Below, piece after piece: positions 37,542 through 45,981 of a DNA stretch of 64,000 nucleotides; the stretch's first letter is position 1; the number at the start of each line of letters is the position of its first letter. The stretch covers positions 1 through 64,000 of the forward strand of contig CAWDDT010000005.1 of assembly GCA_963801165.1 (NCBI GenBank), read 5' to 3'. Source of the stretch: an uncultured bacterium. GTDB taxonomy: Bacteria > Actinomycetota > Acidimicrobiia > Spongiisociales > UBA5794. The notes under the pieces are model-generated. The model searched no databases. It saw nothing but the letters and a program-made list of their open reading frames with translations, and was not told the DNA's origin. A program made the translations under genes and the position numbers.

Positions 37542-38426
37542 TCAGATGGTGCGGAAGTAATGACCCTCGGGGAGAGGGGCACCGACCCGGGTGAGTGCGA
37601 TGCGCCAGGAAGGGGACGACCCGAGGAAGGCGCGGAGCACGCGGATGAGCAGCCGGCCGACGATGATGGCACCCGGTCGCCGCTTGACCCCGATGGTGGT
37701 GCGTAGCGAGTCGGGGATGGTCGCCACGGCGGCCCGGAAGAGTACTCCGTAGCCGAGCCGGATGTTCCACCGCAGCGGGGGACGGCGGAGAAAGGAGACG
37801 GCATTGAGCATCCCTGGTGACGGTCCGATGTCGGGGTGGTTGACCACCCAGCCGGCCAGCTCGGCCGCGGTATCCGGCATCGGGTCTGCGTCGAGAAGAC
37901 GACCGACTTTGGTCTGTTCCGCAACGAACCTGTCTGCATCGGCGGCGCTCAAGCGATCCCTCCCGTACCACTGGTAAGCGACGAGAAACGAGTCGGTCAG
38001 TACGTTGTGTACCCAGGCGGCATCTGCCGGATCGTCTGCGGCGTAGGGGCGGCCCCGGTCCGACTCGCCGCGTACGGGCCGGTGTGCCCGGCGCACGATC
38101 TGTACCGCCTCCTCCACCTCGGGTATCGCCCCGAACGCCGTCGCGGTCACGTACGCCGACGTTCTGGACAGCCGGCCGAGCGGATCCTCCTGGTACCGGG
38201 AGTGATCGGCCACCCCGGCCGCCACCTCCTGGTGGGCCGCCTGCACCAGCAAGGCCCGGATCCCACCAACGAAGGTGGTGACATCGCCGATCACCCGCCA
38301 GGTGACCGAGTCGGGCCCGAATAGCCCCGGATCTCCCCGGTAGTCGAGGGAGTGCTCGAGCGGGTAGGGGGCGTGAGCGAACAGACCGGTAGTCGCCTGG
38401 ACTACGCGTTGCCGCAAACCGCGCAC
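37542..38426 (-). CDS. Oxygenase MpaB / DUF2236 family protein
   Basis: GLFGPDSVTWRV, RALLVQAAH, GVADHS, GRLSRT and AWVH; start approximate (GTG 38426). Confidence 0.82.
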   Translation of the reverse strand: MRGLRQRVVQATTGLFAHAPYPLEHSLDYRGDPGLFGPDSVTWRVIGDVTTFVGGIRALLVQAAHQEVAAGVADHSRYQEDPLGRLSRTSAYVTATAFGAIPEVEEAVQIVRRAHRPVRGESDRGRPYAADDPADAAWVHNVLTDSFLVAYQWYGRDRLSAADADRFVAEQTKVGRLLDADPMPDTAAELAGWVVNHPDIGPSPGMLNAVSFLRRPPLRWNIRLGYGVLFRAAVATIPDSLRTTIGVKRRPGAIIVGRLLIRVLRAFLGSSPSWRIALTRVGAPLPEGHYFRTI

Positions 38427-38442
38427 CGAAGCCGGCTGAGGT

Positions 38443-39423
38443 TCAGGAGAATGCCGGAAAGACCTCACGAGCGAAAAGCTCCAGACCGGATGTGTCGTAC
38501 GCCGCATCCTGGAAATAGACAATCGCATAGGTGAGCCCGGCTGCAACCCACGGCTGCAGCTTGGCCACCAGCTGCTCGGGTGTACCCGCCGTGGCCCGGA
38601 ACATCCGCTCCAATCCTTCGAGTCGGTCCGGTGTGACAAATGGCCGGTAGCGATCGAGGATCGCGCCGACTTTGTCATCGACCTCCGCCTCTGTTGCGGC
38701 GCACACCACGTTGAAGTTGGATGACCGCACGATTGCATCGAAGTCCGAGCCGACGTCGACGCAATGGCCCGCCAGTACCTCGGATTTGTGCACGAACTCG
38801 TCCACGTCGATGCCAAAGTTGGTGTAGGAGGCGTAGCGGGCCGCGACATTGAGGGTGAGCTTCTCGCCCCCGCCTGCGATCCAGAACGGGATGTGCGGTT
38901 GCTGCACCGGCTTGGGACGGCAGATCGCTCCATCGAGCGTGTAGTGCTTGCCTTCGAAGTGGACCTCGTCCTCGGTCCACAGCCGTTTCATGATCTCAAC
39001 GGCCTCACCGAGCTCACCGATTCGGACCGAGGGCTTGGGAAACGGGAAGCCATAGCCGTTGTACTCGTGCTCGTACCAGCCGGCACCGATCCCCATCTCG
39101 ACCCGCCCGCCGGATATGGCGTCGATCGAGACGGCGACCTTGGCAAGGTACGAGGGCGACCGGTATCCGTTGCAGGTACACATCTGGCCGAGACGCACCT
39201 TGTCGGTGGTGGCGGCCAGGGCAGCCATGAGCGTCCAAGCCTCATAGGTGACTTCCTGGGTGGGCACCGGGACGGTGTGGAAGTGGTCGTACACCCACAC
39301 CGACTCATAGCCGGCGGCCTCGATTGTCTTGGCGACCGACAGCATCGTCGGCCATTGCTGCTCGGTCTCGATCCCGACCAGATCGAGACGCCATCCTTGC
39401 GGGACAAATGCTCCGAATCTCAT
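38443..39423 (-). CDS. F420-dependent LLM-class oxidoreductase
   Basis: FVPQGWRLDL, WVYDHFH, RLGQMCTC, GIGAGWYEHEY and IAGGGE; TAGTTT 6 nt before ATG. Confidence 0.92.
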   Translation of the reverse strand: MRFGAFVPQGWRLDLVGIETEQQWPTMLSVAKTIEAAGYESVWVYDHFHTVPVPTQEVTYEAWTLMAALAATTDKVRLGQMCTCNGYRSPSYLAKVAVSIDAISGGRVEMGIGAGWYEHEYNGYGFPFPKPSVRIGELGEAVEIMKRLWTEDEVHFEGKHYTLDGAICRPKPVQQPHIPFWIAGGGEKLTLNVAARYASYTNFGIDVDEFVHKSEVLAGHCVDVGSDFDAIVRSSNFNVVCAATEAEVDDKVGAILDRYRPFVTPDRLEGLERMFRATAGTPEQLVAKLQPWVAAGLTYAIVYFQDAAYDTSGLELFAREVFPAFS

Positions 39424-39490
39424 GAGGGGAAACTACACCAAACACCGGCAACGTTCGCCGATGGCCACACGCCGGGCCGGAAACAACGTC

Positions 39491-39518
39491 TTGACCGCCC
39501 TTTGATCTGAGCTACTCT
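39491..39518 (+). promoter_or_regulatory. Housekeeping-sigma promoter of the Cys leader and operon
   Basis: TTGACC (39491-39496)-N16-TACTCT (39513-39518), 8 nt before ATG 39527. Confidence 0.7.
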
Positions 39519-39526
39519 GAATGCCG

Positions 39527-39595
39527 ATGAAGTACGCACTCGCCGCCGCCGCATGTTGCTGTTGTTGTTGCGACAGCACAATGCCGCGCGGATAG
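39527..39595 (+). CDS. Polycysteine leader peptide (attenuator sORF), MKYALAAAACCCCCCDSTMPRG
   Basis: Six consecutive Cys codons TGT TGC TGT TGT TGT TGC at 39554-39571, directly upstream of a cysteine-synthase-family gene. An in-frame ATG at 39521 is too close to the -10 to be transcribed. Confidence 0.88.
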   Translation: MKYALAAAACCCCCCDSTMPRG

Positions 39596-39634
39596 GACGA
39601 GATGTAGCCACAACTAGCAGCACAAGACTCAACC

Positions 39635-39670
39635 ACCCGTGACGGCAAGCCGTTACGGGTTTTCTTTTTC
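39635..39670 (+). terminator. Attenuator intrinsic terminator in the 5' leader
   Basis: ACCCGTGACGG-caag-CCGTTACGGGT (11 bp, one G-U) followed by TTTCTTTTTC, ending 11 nt before the downstream ATG. Confidence 0.88.
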
Positions 39671-39681
39671 TGGAGCATGAA

Positions 39682-40668
39682 ATGACAGCCACCATCTCGA
39701 ATACGGAGACATCTCTCGGTACCGACACCGGGGTACGCCGGTTCGACGACATCCGGGATCTGCTCCCGAACGTCGACAACCCCACACCCCTCGTTCGACT
39801 CAACCATGTCGCCCCGAACACGTATCTGAAGCTCGAGTGGCTCAACCCGTTCGGCTCGGTAAAAGACAGGGCCGCGGCCTACCTGCTCGCCGGAATCATC
39901 GAACGGGGCGAGCTGGACGGGCGTGATCTCGTCGAAGCGTCATCCGGAAACACCGCGATCGCTCTGGCCGCTCTCGCCGGGCTCGTCGGAAAACGGCTCA
40001 CTGTCACCATCCCCGATGGCGTCCCCGAAGAGAAGAAGGTGATGTTGCGGATGCTCGGCGCCGAGGTGTGGGAGACACCCGACGATCTGTGCCCTGTCGA
40101 CCACCCCAAGGACGGTGCCATCGCCCTCGCACGCTCGCTGGCCGCGTCGGAGGGCGGGAGGCGCTTCGTGATGGCCAACCAGTACGAGAACGAGGACAAC
40201 GTCAAGGCTCACTACGAGACCACCGGCCCTGAGATATGGCGCCAGACAGATGGCCGCGTCAGGTACTTCGTCGCCGGTCTCGGAACGACGGGAACGATCA
40301 CGGGGACCGGCCGCTATCTCAAGGAGCGGGATCCGTCCATCCAGGTCATTGCCATCGAGCCAAACCCGGGCCATCGCCTCCCCGGGCTCAAGAGCTTCGC
40401 CGAGGCGAAGGAGCCGGGAATCCTCGACTGGAGCGTTATCGACGACGTGGTCCGCGTCGCCGACGAGGACGCCTATGAGATCACCAAACGTCTGCACCGT
40501 GAGGAGGGCCTCATCGTCGGCCCGTCGACCGGCGCCGTCGTCCACGCCATGACCGGGCTTGCCGACACCGACTCCGCCATCGCAGTCGGGATCTCTCCCG
40601 ACTCCGGTTCCAAGTACTCGAGCTACTTCGCCGGCATCCTCGGCGACGAGGGCCTCCCCCGAATCTGA
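39682..40668 (+). CDS. PLP-dependent cysteine synthase family protein (CysK/CysM-like)
   Basis: NPFGSVKDR (PLP Lys), ASSGNT, GLGTTGT, GPSTGA and PDSGSKY; RBS GGAG. Confidence 0.9.
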   Translation: MTATISNTETSLGTDTGVRRFDDIRDLLPNVDNPTPLVRLNHVAPNTYLKLEWLNPFGSVKDRAAAYLLAGIIERGELDGRDLVEASSGNTAIALAALAGLVGKRLTVTIPDGVPEEKKVMLRMLGAEVWETPDDLCPVDHPKDGAIALARSLAASEGGRRFVMANQYENEDNVKAHYETTGPEIWRQTDGRVRYFVAGLGTTGTITGTGRYLKERDPSIQVIAIEPNPGHRLPGLKSFAEAKEPGILDWSVIDDVVRVADEDAYEITKRLHREEGLIVGPSTGAVVHAMTGLADTDSAIAVGISPDSGSKYSSYFAGILGDEGLPRI

Positions 40669-40679
40669 TAGGAAGAACC

Positions 40680-40931
40680 ATGGATATTGAACAGCTCGAA
40701 GCAACCGACACTCTCGACACCAGCGGGCTCTTGTGCCCCCTCCCGGTTTACAAGGCCGGAATCGCGCTCGGCAAGCTCGAGCCCGGCCAGATTCTCCGCT
40801 TGATTTGCACCGACCCCGGCTCTCTTGCCGACATCCCCGCCATGGCGCGCCAGCGGGGCGACACGCTGCTGGCCAGCGACAGCACGGAAGGTTCGCAGGT
40901 GTTCTGGATCGAGAAAGGGTCACAGACATGA
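40680..40931 (+). CDS. tusA: TusA/SirA-family sulfur carrier
   Basis: LDTSGLLCPLP (CPxP persulfide site), L.PGQIL, TDPGS..DI and terminal IEK. Confidence 0.9.
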   Translation: MDIEQLEATDTLDTSGLLCPLPVYKAGIALGKLEPGQILRLICTDPGSLADIPAMARQRGDTLLASDSTEGSQVFWIEKGSQT

Positions 40932-41440
40932 CTGCACTCGAAAGACCGGCCGATCTCGAGCCCGGTGCGGAACCCGCACGCAAGCGACTGGCGCTGGTGG
41001 CTTCGAAAGGAACTCTGGACCAGGCCTACCCCCCGCTCATCCTGGCGACCACCGCGGCCAGCCTGGGCTGGGAAGTCGGCATCTACTTCACCTTCTACGG
41101 TCTCGACATCCTCCACAAGGATCGTATGGAGCACCTCAAGGTGGCATCGCTGGCCAACCCTTCCGGCCCGATTCGTGTTCCCAATCTCCTGGGGGCGATG
41201 CCCGGCGCAACTGCGGCCGCAACCAAGATGATGAAGAACTGGATGAAGAACGCAAAGATGCCCGACCTCGCCGAATTCATGGACATGGCCCGCGATCTCG
41301 GCGTCACGTTGTTCGCCTGCGCCACGACCATGGGCGTGATGGGGGTCAAGGACTCAGACTTGATCGAGGGGTGTGATATCGCCGGAGCCGCCGCCTTCCT
41401 CGACTTCGCCGCCGGCGCCGACGTCCAATTGTTCATCTGA
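40928..41440 (+). CDS. DsrE2-like (DsrE/F/H family) sulfurtransferase
   Basis: KGTLDQAYPPLILA, YFTFYGL, FACATTMGVMG, GAAAFL and QLFI; ATGA overlap with tusA. Confidence 0.88.
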   Translation: MTALERPADLEPGAEPARKRLALVASKGTLDQAYPPLILATTAASLGWEVGIYFTFYGLDILHKDRMEHLKVASLANPSGPIRVPNLLGAMPGATAAATKMMKNWMKNAKMPDLAEFMDMARDLGVTLFACATTMGVMGVKDSDLIEGCDIAGAAAFLDFAAGADVQLFI

Positions 41441-43075
41441 GACCGGGAGCTGGAGCCGGAAGTTGGCCTCCGTCCCATCGTGGTGATAGCTGAGTTCGCC
41501 ACCCATCAACCTGGCGAGGACCCGTGCCACGTGAAGACCGAGCCCGACCGAGCCGACGACACCAGTGTCGCCGACTCGTTCGTACGGCTCGAAGATTCGT
41601 TCCCGAGCCTCGGTTGGGATCGGATCGCCCGTGTCCCGCACCTCGGCGAGTGCCCATCCCGCCTCCGCCCGGACCGTGATGCGGACCTCGTCACCGCCAT
41701 GGCGATGCGCATTCGAGACGAGATTGCGCAGCACCTGGCGGAGCCGTCCCGGGTCGGCACGAGTCCAGACGGTCTCGGTGATGGTGGCGACGTCTCCGAG
41801 CAACTCAGCCACGCGGTGGGCCTCGGCACCGAGATCGCAACGCTCCAGGCTCATGGTGAGCTGGCCGGACTCGGCGCGGGCGGTGACCAGCAGATCTTCA
41901 ACGATGTCAACGACATCCCGGGTCTCGGCGGCGACGATACCGAGCAGCTCCGCCTGTTCGGCGGCGGCAAAGTCGTCGGGCCGGTTCACCAGCTCTTCGG
42001 TCAGGCCCAGGATCGAGGTGAGCGGGGTGCGCAGCTCGTGGCTGACGCTGGCGACGAATTGGTCCCGCTCTTGGAGTTGGCGCTCCAGCCCTCGCTCGGC
42101 CTGGCGCAACCGGGTCACATCGGTCGCCACGAGCACGAGCCGGTGGGGTGCCGATCGTCCGGCGACCCGACCAAGGCTCCACAGGAACACATAATCCCGT
42201 TCCGTTCCGTCGGTGTGGGCAAAGGTCACCTCGCCCGAGCCGGCGGTGTTGCCGCTTACCAAGGCCGTCAGCATCGACCAGGCCACGTCCCGGACCCCGG
42301 GTAGGTTGGGACCGGCGACGAACGTTTCCCAGACACCGAAGTCCTCCGCCATGTCGTCGGCCACCTGGTTTGTGTACGTGAGCCGCACCATATGCATCAT
42401 CTCCGCATACAGGCCATCGAGCGACGTGGCGGGCAAACCGGTCTCCGCCATCGTGCGAACAAGAGCAATCACCCCTGAGATGTCGAATTCGAAGGTGGCA
42501 ACGGGGATGACACTTGCCAGATCGCTGTACCTGCTCTGGGAAACGGCGAGCGATTCCAGAACTCTGATCACGAGATACATGACGGTTCCCAGCACCGCCA
42601 CCACCACCAGACAGTCCGAGACGATCTCGAGAGTGAGCCCGTTGAGGGTGATCTGGCTGATGAGGACGATGACCAGGGCGGCCGAGAGAAACCCTGTGGC
42701 GACCCGCCAGTGCTTGTCTCTTGCGATGAAGACAGCGAGCACCCCGAGGCCGAAAACGACCACCTCACCCCCGACCCCGGCGACATATTCAGTCGCGCCG
42801 CGTACGGCGGCAAACGCCTCAGCCGCGATTGCGAACAACACAATCAACGCCAGCAGGGCGATCACGTTGGGACGGTTCTGGCGAAGCATGACCAGGGCCA
42901 CCCCGGCGGTCAGCAACGCCGCGACCAGCGTGATGACGCCACCCGGCTCCCCGACAATCACCTGCACGGTCGACGAGAGGGCAAGAGCGACGCCACCGAT
43001 CAAAGCAAGTCGGACCGCACTGCGCCTGGCTAGTTCGAGCACAGGGTCGGAGCCCGCTGTGGAGATCGGATTCAT
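41354..43075 (-). CDS. Orphan multi-TM sensor histidine kinase (paralogue of 28185..29876)
   Basis: About 6 TMs, SHELRTP, LLVTARAESG, NLVSNA and GLGL; start set at ATG 43075; 3' end overlaps dsrE by 87 nt. Confidence 0.88.
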   Translation of the reverse strand: MNPISTAGSDPVLELARRSAVRLALIGGVALALSSTVQVIVGEPGGVITLVAALLTAGVALVMLRQNRPNVIALLALIVLFAIAAEAFAAVRGATEYVAGVGGEVVVFGLGVLAVFIARDKHWRVATGFLSAALVIVLISQITLNGLTLEIVSDCLVVVAVLGTVMYLVIRVLESLAVSQSRYSDLASVIPVATFEFDISGVIALVRTMAETGLPATSLDGLYAEMMHMVRLTYTNQVADDMAEDFGVWETFVAGPNLPGVRDVAWSMLTALVSGNTAGSGEVTFAHTDGTERDYVFLWSLGRVAGRSAPHRLVLVATDVTRLRQAERGLERQLQERDQFVASVSHELRTPLTSILGLTEELVNRPDDFAAAEQAELLGIVAAETRDVVDIVEDLLVTARAESGQLTMSLERCDLGAEAHRVAELLGDVATITETVWTRADPGRLRQVLRNLVSNAHRHGGDEVRITVRAEAGWALAEVRDTGDPIPTEARERIFEPYERVGDTGVVGSVGLGLHVARVLARLMGGELSYHHDGTEANFRLQLPVSDEQLDVGAGGEVEEGGGSGDITPLDQV

Positions 43076-43082
43076 GATCGAC

Positions 43083-43109
43083 CAGTCGGCAATGCCACGT
43101 TTCACTTGA
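43083..43109 (-). promoter_or_regulatory. sigma28/WhiG-type promoter for the orphan kinase
   Basis: TCAA-N15-GCCGACTG, 7 nt upstream of ATG 43075. Confidence 0.55.
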
Positions 43110-43258
43110 GCGCGGGCACGGTGCCCCCCATACCCGGGCGAATCGCAGTACGCTCGTTGCGGGGTCTGGTGGCGGATGTAGGGGGTCTCCAGACTCTAGC
43201 TATCGTTGGACTCATGCAACATGGTTAAAAGCAAAAAGGTCCAGGAGGCCGGGTTGAA

Positions 43259-45940
43259 ATGCGTCCCCATTACTTAAGCGAGCTATTCGCCCCCAAATCG
43301 GTGGCGATGTTCGGTGCCAGCGAAACGCCAGATTCCGTAGGGCAGGTTGTCTTCAAGAACCTGCTCGAGGCAGGCTTCTCCGGAGACATCTACGCCCTGA
43401 ACCCCAAACGAGAGACCGTTCAAGGCCAGAAGGCCTACAACAACCTCGATGAGATCGGCAAGGACATCGACCTCGCCATCGTGGCGACACCGGCGCGAAC
43501 AGTCCCGGGCATTGTCGAGCAGTGTGGCACCTACGGCATCAAGTCCATGATCATCCTCTCTGCGGGTTTCCGCGAGATCGGAGAGCAGGGGCGGGCCATC
43601 GAGGACAAGGTCCGTGACGCCGCTCGCTCCCACGGGATCCGCTTCCTGGGCCCGAACTGTCTCGGAATCATCCGCCCCAGCATCGGCTTCAACGCCACGT
43701 TCGGCAACAACAACGCCTCAGACGGCGGGATCGCTCTCGTCTCGCAATCCGGTGCGTTGTGCACGTCGATCCTCGACTGGGCCGAGAACCGCGACGTGGG
43801 CTTTTCCGCCGTGGTTTCGACAGGTATCGCCGCCGACCTCGACTTTGGCGACATTCTCGATTATCTAGCTTCCGATCCCAAGACCGAGAGCATCATCCTG
43901 TATGTCGAGGGTCTCACCGATGCCCGCCGCTTCATGAGCGGGCTGAGGGCGGCGGCACGCATCAAGCCCGTCATCGCCATCAAGGCTGGACGCTCGACCG
44001 AGGGAGCGGCAGCGTCGATGTCGCACACGGGGGCCCTCGTCGGCGGCGACGCCGCCTTCACCGCTGCTCTCAACCGATCCGGTGTCGTCCAGGTCGACAC
44101 CATCAGCCAGGTGTTCGCTGCGGCCAGCACCCTGTCTTCGAAGTACAAGGCCGTCGGCAAGCGCATGGCCATGATCACCAATGCCGGTGGCCCTGCCGTT
44201 CTCGCCACCGACCACGCCCACGGCGCCGACCTCGAGATCGCCACGCTCGGCGAGGAGACGATCAAGGCACTCAACGAGGCGCTACCGGATACCTGGTCGC
44301 ACGGCAACCCGATCGACATCATCGGAGATGCTACGCCGGAGCGCTACCAGGAGGCCATCGACATCGTACTGAAGGATCCAGGTGTGGACGGTGTCCTCGT
44401 GATCCTCACCCCGCAGGCGATGACGGCGCCGTACGAGGTCGCAGAGGCTGTGGTGAAAGCGGCCGAGAACAACCGGAAGCCGATTATCACGTCCTGGATG
44501 GGGGGCAAGCAGGTCGACCCGGCCCGTTCTCTGTTCCGGCAGGCGCGGATCCCGACGTTCAACACCCCCGAGGCCGCGGTAGATGCGTTCCACTACCTGG
44601 CGTCCTACAAGGCCAACCAGCAAAACCTGCTGCAGACTCCAGGGCGCCTCCCCATCGAGCACGAAGAGCCAAACGTGGAAGCCGCCCGGCTGATAATCGA
44701 GTCGGCTCTCAACGAGAAACGCTCCGTGCTGACGGAACCCGAATCGGTCGCGCTTCTCGAGGCATTCAACGTCCCGACCGTGCGCAATGGCATCGCCCGC
44801 TCCGCCGAGGAAGCCCTGGTGCTGGCAACCTCGATAGGTTTCCCGATCGTCATGAAGATCTACTCCGGGGACATCTCGCACAAGTCGGATGTGGGCGGGG
44901 TGAAGTTGAACATCCGCAACGCCGCCGATGTGCGTGGCAGCTACCGCGAATTGGTGGAGAGGGTGCAGAAGAACCGTCCCGACGCAGCGATCGCCGGAGT
45001 GACCGTCGAGGCGATGCACCGCACCACCAATGGCCGCGAGGTCATGGTCGGCGTGATCAACGACCCCGTGTTCGGACCGGTGATCAGCTTCGGAGCGGGT
45101 GGCACCTTTGTCGAGGTGATGGGAGACGCCTCCATTGCCATTCCTCCGATCAACGAGCGTCTGGCCAGGAACCTGATCAGCCGCACCAAGGTGTCGAAAG
45201 CGCTGGGTGAGTTCCGCAACATGCCCGCGGCAAATGTCGACGCGCTAGTCGACGTGCTGCTCCGTGTCTCCAACATGGCCTGCGAGCTGCCCTGGCTCAA
45301 GGAGATGGACATCAACCCGCTCATCGTCGACGAGCGCGGAGCAATGGCCGTCGACGCCCGCATCGTCGTTCACATCCCGAGGCCTTCCCCGGACGCCTAC
45401 GCCCATATGGCCATCCACCCCTACCCGACGGATCTCGAGTCGGTGTTCCAGCTGCCCGACGGACGCGACGTCACCATCCGCCCGATCCGGCCGGAGGACG
45501 CCCAGATCGAGCAGGACTTCGTGAGGAACCTATCCGACGAGGCCAAATACTTCCGGTTCATGCATTCCGTGCATGAGCTGACGCCGGAGATGCTGGTCAG
45601 GTTCACCCAGATCGACTATGACCGGGAGATGGCCCTGATCGCCACGACGTCCGACGACGGGAACGAGGTCGAGCACGGGGTTGTGCGGTACGTGACCAAC
45701 CCCGATCGGACGAGCTGCGAGTTTGCAGTTGTCGTCTCCGATGAGTTCCAGGGCCACGGTATCGGCCAGCGCATGTTGACCCGTCTCATGGAGATTGCCC
45801 GCTCTCGCGGCCTCGACATGATGGAGGGCGAGGTGCTGACGGCGAACCACCGTATGCTCGAGCTGGTGCGCTCGATGGATTTCCAGATCGAGCGCAGCCC
45901 GGAGAACCCCGGCGTCCAATACGTCTGGACAAAGCTGTAA
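43259..45940 (+). CDS. pat: NDP-forming acyl-CoA synthetase domain fused to GNAT (protein lysine acetyltransferase Pat/YfiQ type)
   Basis: GPNCLG, SQSGA, SHTGAL, TNAGG, NPIDI, HKSDVGGV, HPYP, RPIRPED and C-terminal GNAT FQGHGIG. Confidence 0.9.
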   Translation: MRPHYLSELFAPKSVAMFGASETPDSVGQVVFKNLLEAGFSGDIYALNPKRETVQGQKAYNNLDEIGKDIDLAIVATPARTVPGIVEQCGTYGIKSMIILSAGFREIGEQGRAIEDKVRDAARSHGIRFLGPNCLGIIRPSIGFNATFGNNNASDGGIALVSQSGALCTSILDWAENRDVGFSAVVSTGIAADLDFGDILDYLASDPKTESIILYVEGLTDARRFMSGLRAAARIKPVIAIKAGRSTEGAAASMSHTGALVGGDAAFTAALNRSGVVQVDTISQVFAAASTLSSKYKAVGKRMAMITNAGGPAVLATDHAHGADLEIATLGEETIKALNEALPDTWSHGNPIDIIGDATPERYQEAIDIVLKDPGVDGVLVILTPQAMTAPYEVAEAVVKAAENNRKPIITSWMGGKQVDPARSLFRQARIPTFNTPEAAVDAFHYLASYKANQQNLLQTPGRLPIEHEEPNVEAARLIIESALNEKRSVLTEPESVALLEAFNVPTVRNGIARSAEEALVLATSIGFPIVMKIYSGDISHKSDVGGVKLNIRNAADVRGSYRELVERVQKNRPDAAIAGVTVEAMHRTTNGREVMVGVINDPVFGPVISFGAGGTFVEVMGDASIAIPPINERLARNLISRTKVSKALGEFRNMPAANVDALVDVLLRVSNMACELPWLKEMDINPLIVDERGAMAVDARIVVHIPRPSPDAYAHMAIHPYPTDLESVFQLPDGRDVTIRPIRPEDAQIEQDFVRNLSDEAKYFRFMHSVHELTPEMLVRFTQIDYDREMALIATTSDDGNEVEHGVVRYVTNPDRTSCEFAVVVSDEFQGHGIGQRMLTRLMEIARSRGLDMMEGEVLTANHRMLELVRSMDFQIERSPENPGVQYVWTKL

Positions 45941-45981
45941 CCCACTGGACGGTGCGGCCGCGACATCTCGTCGTGGCCCGT

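Noticed and set aside
39420-39845. Track ORFs 39420..39845(-) and 39433..39807(-), including the QQQQQ run
   Set aside because: They are antisense shadows of the poly-Cys leader and the cysteine synthase start.
43194-43210. Third copy of the two-component box upstream of pat (CTCTAGCTATCGTTGGA)
   Set aside because: It is 15/17 identical to copy 1, but the mismatches hit the AACC core shared by both copies, and TATCGT is more simply read as a -10 element.
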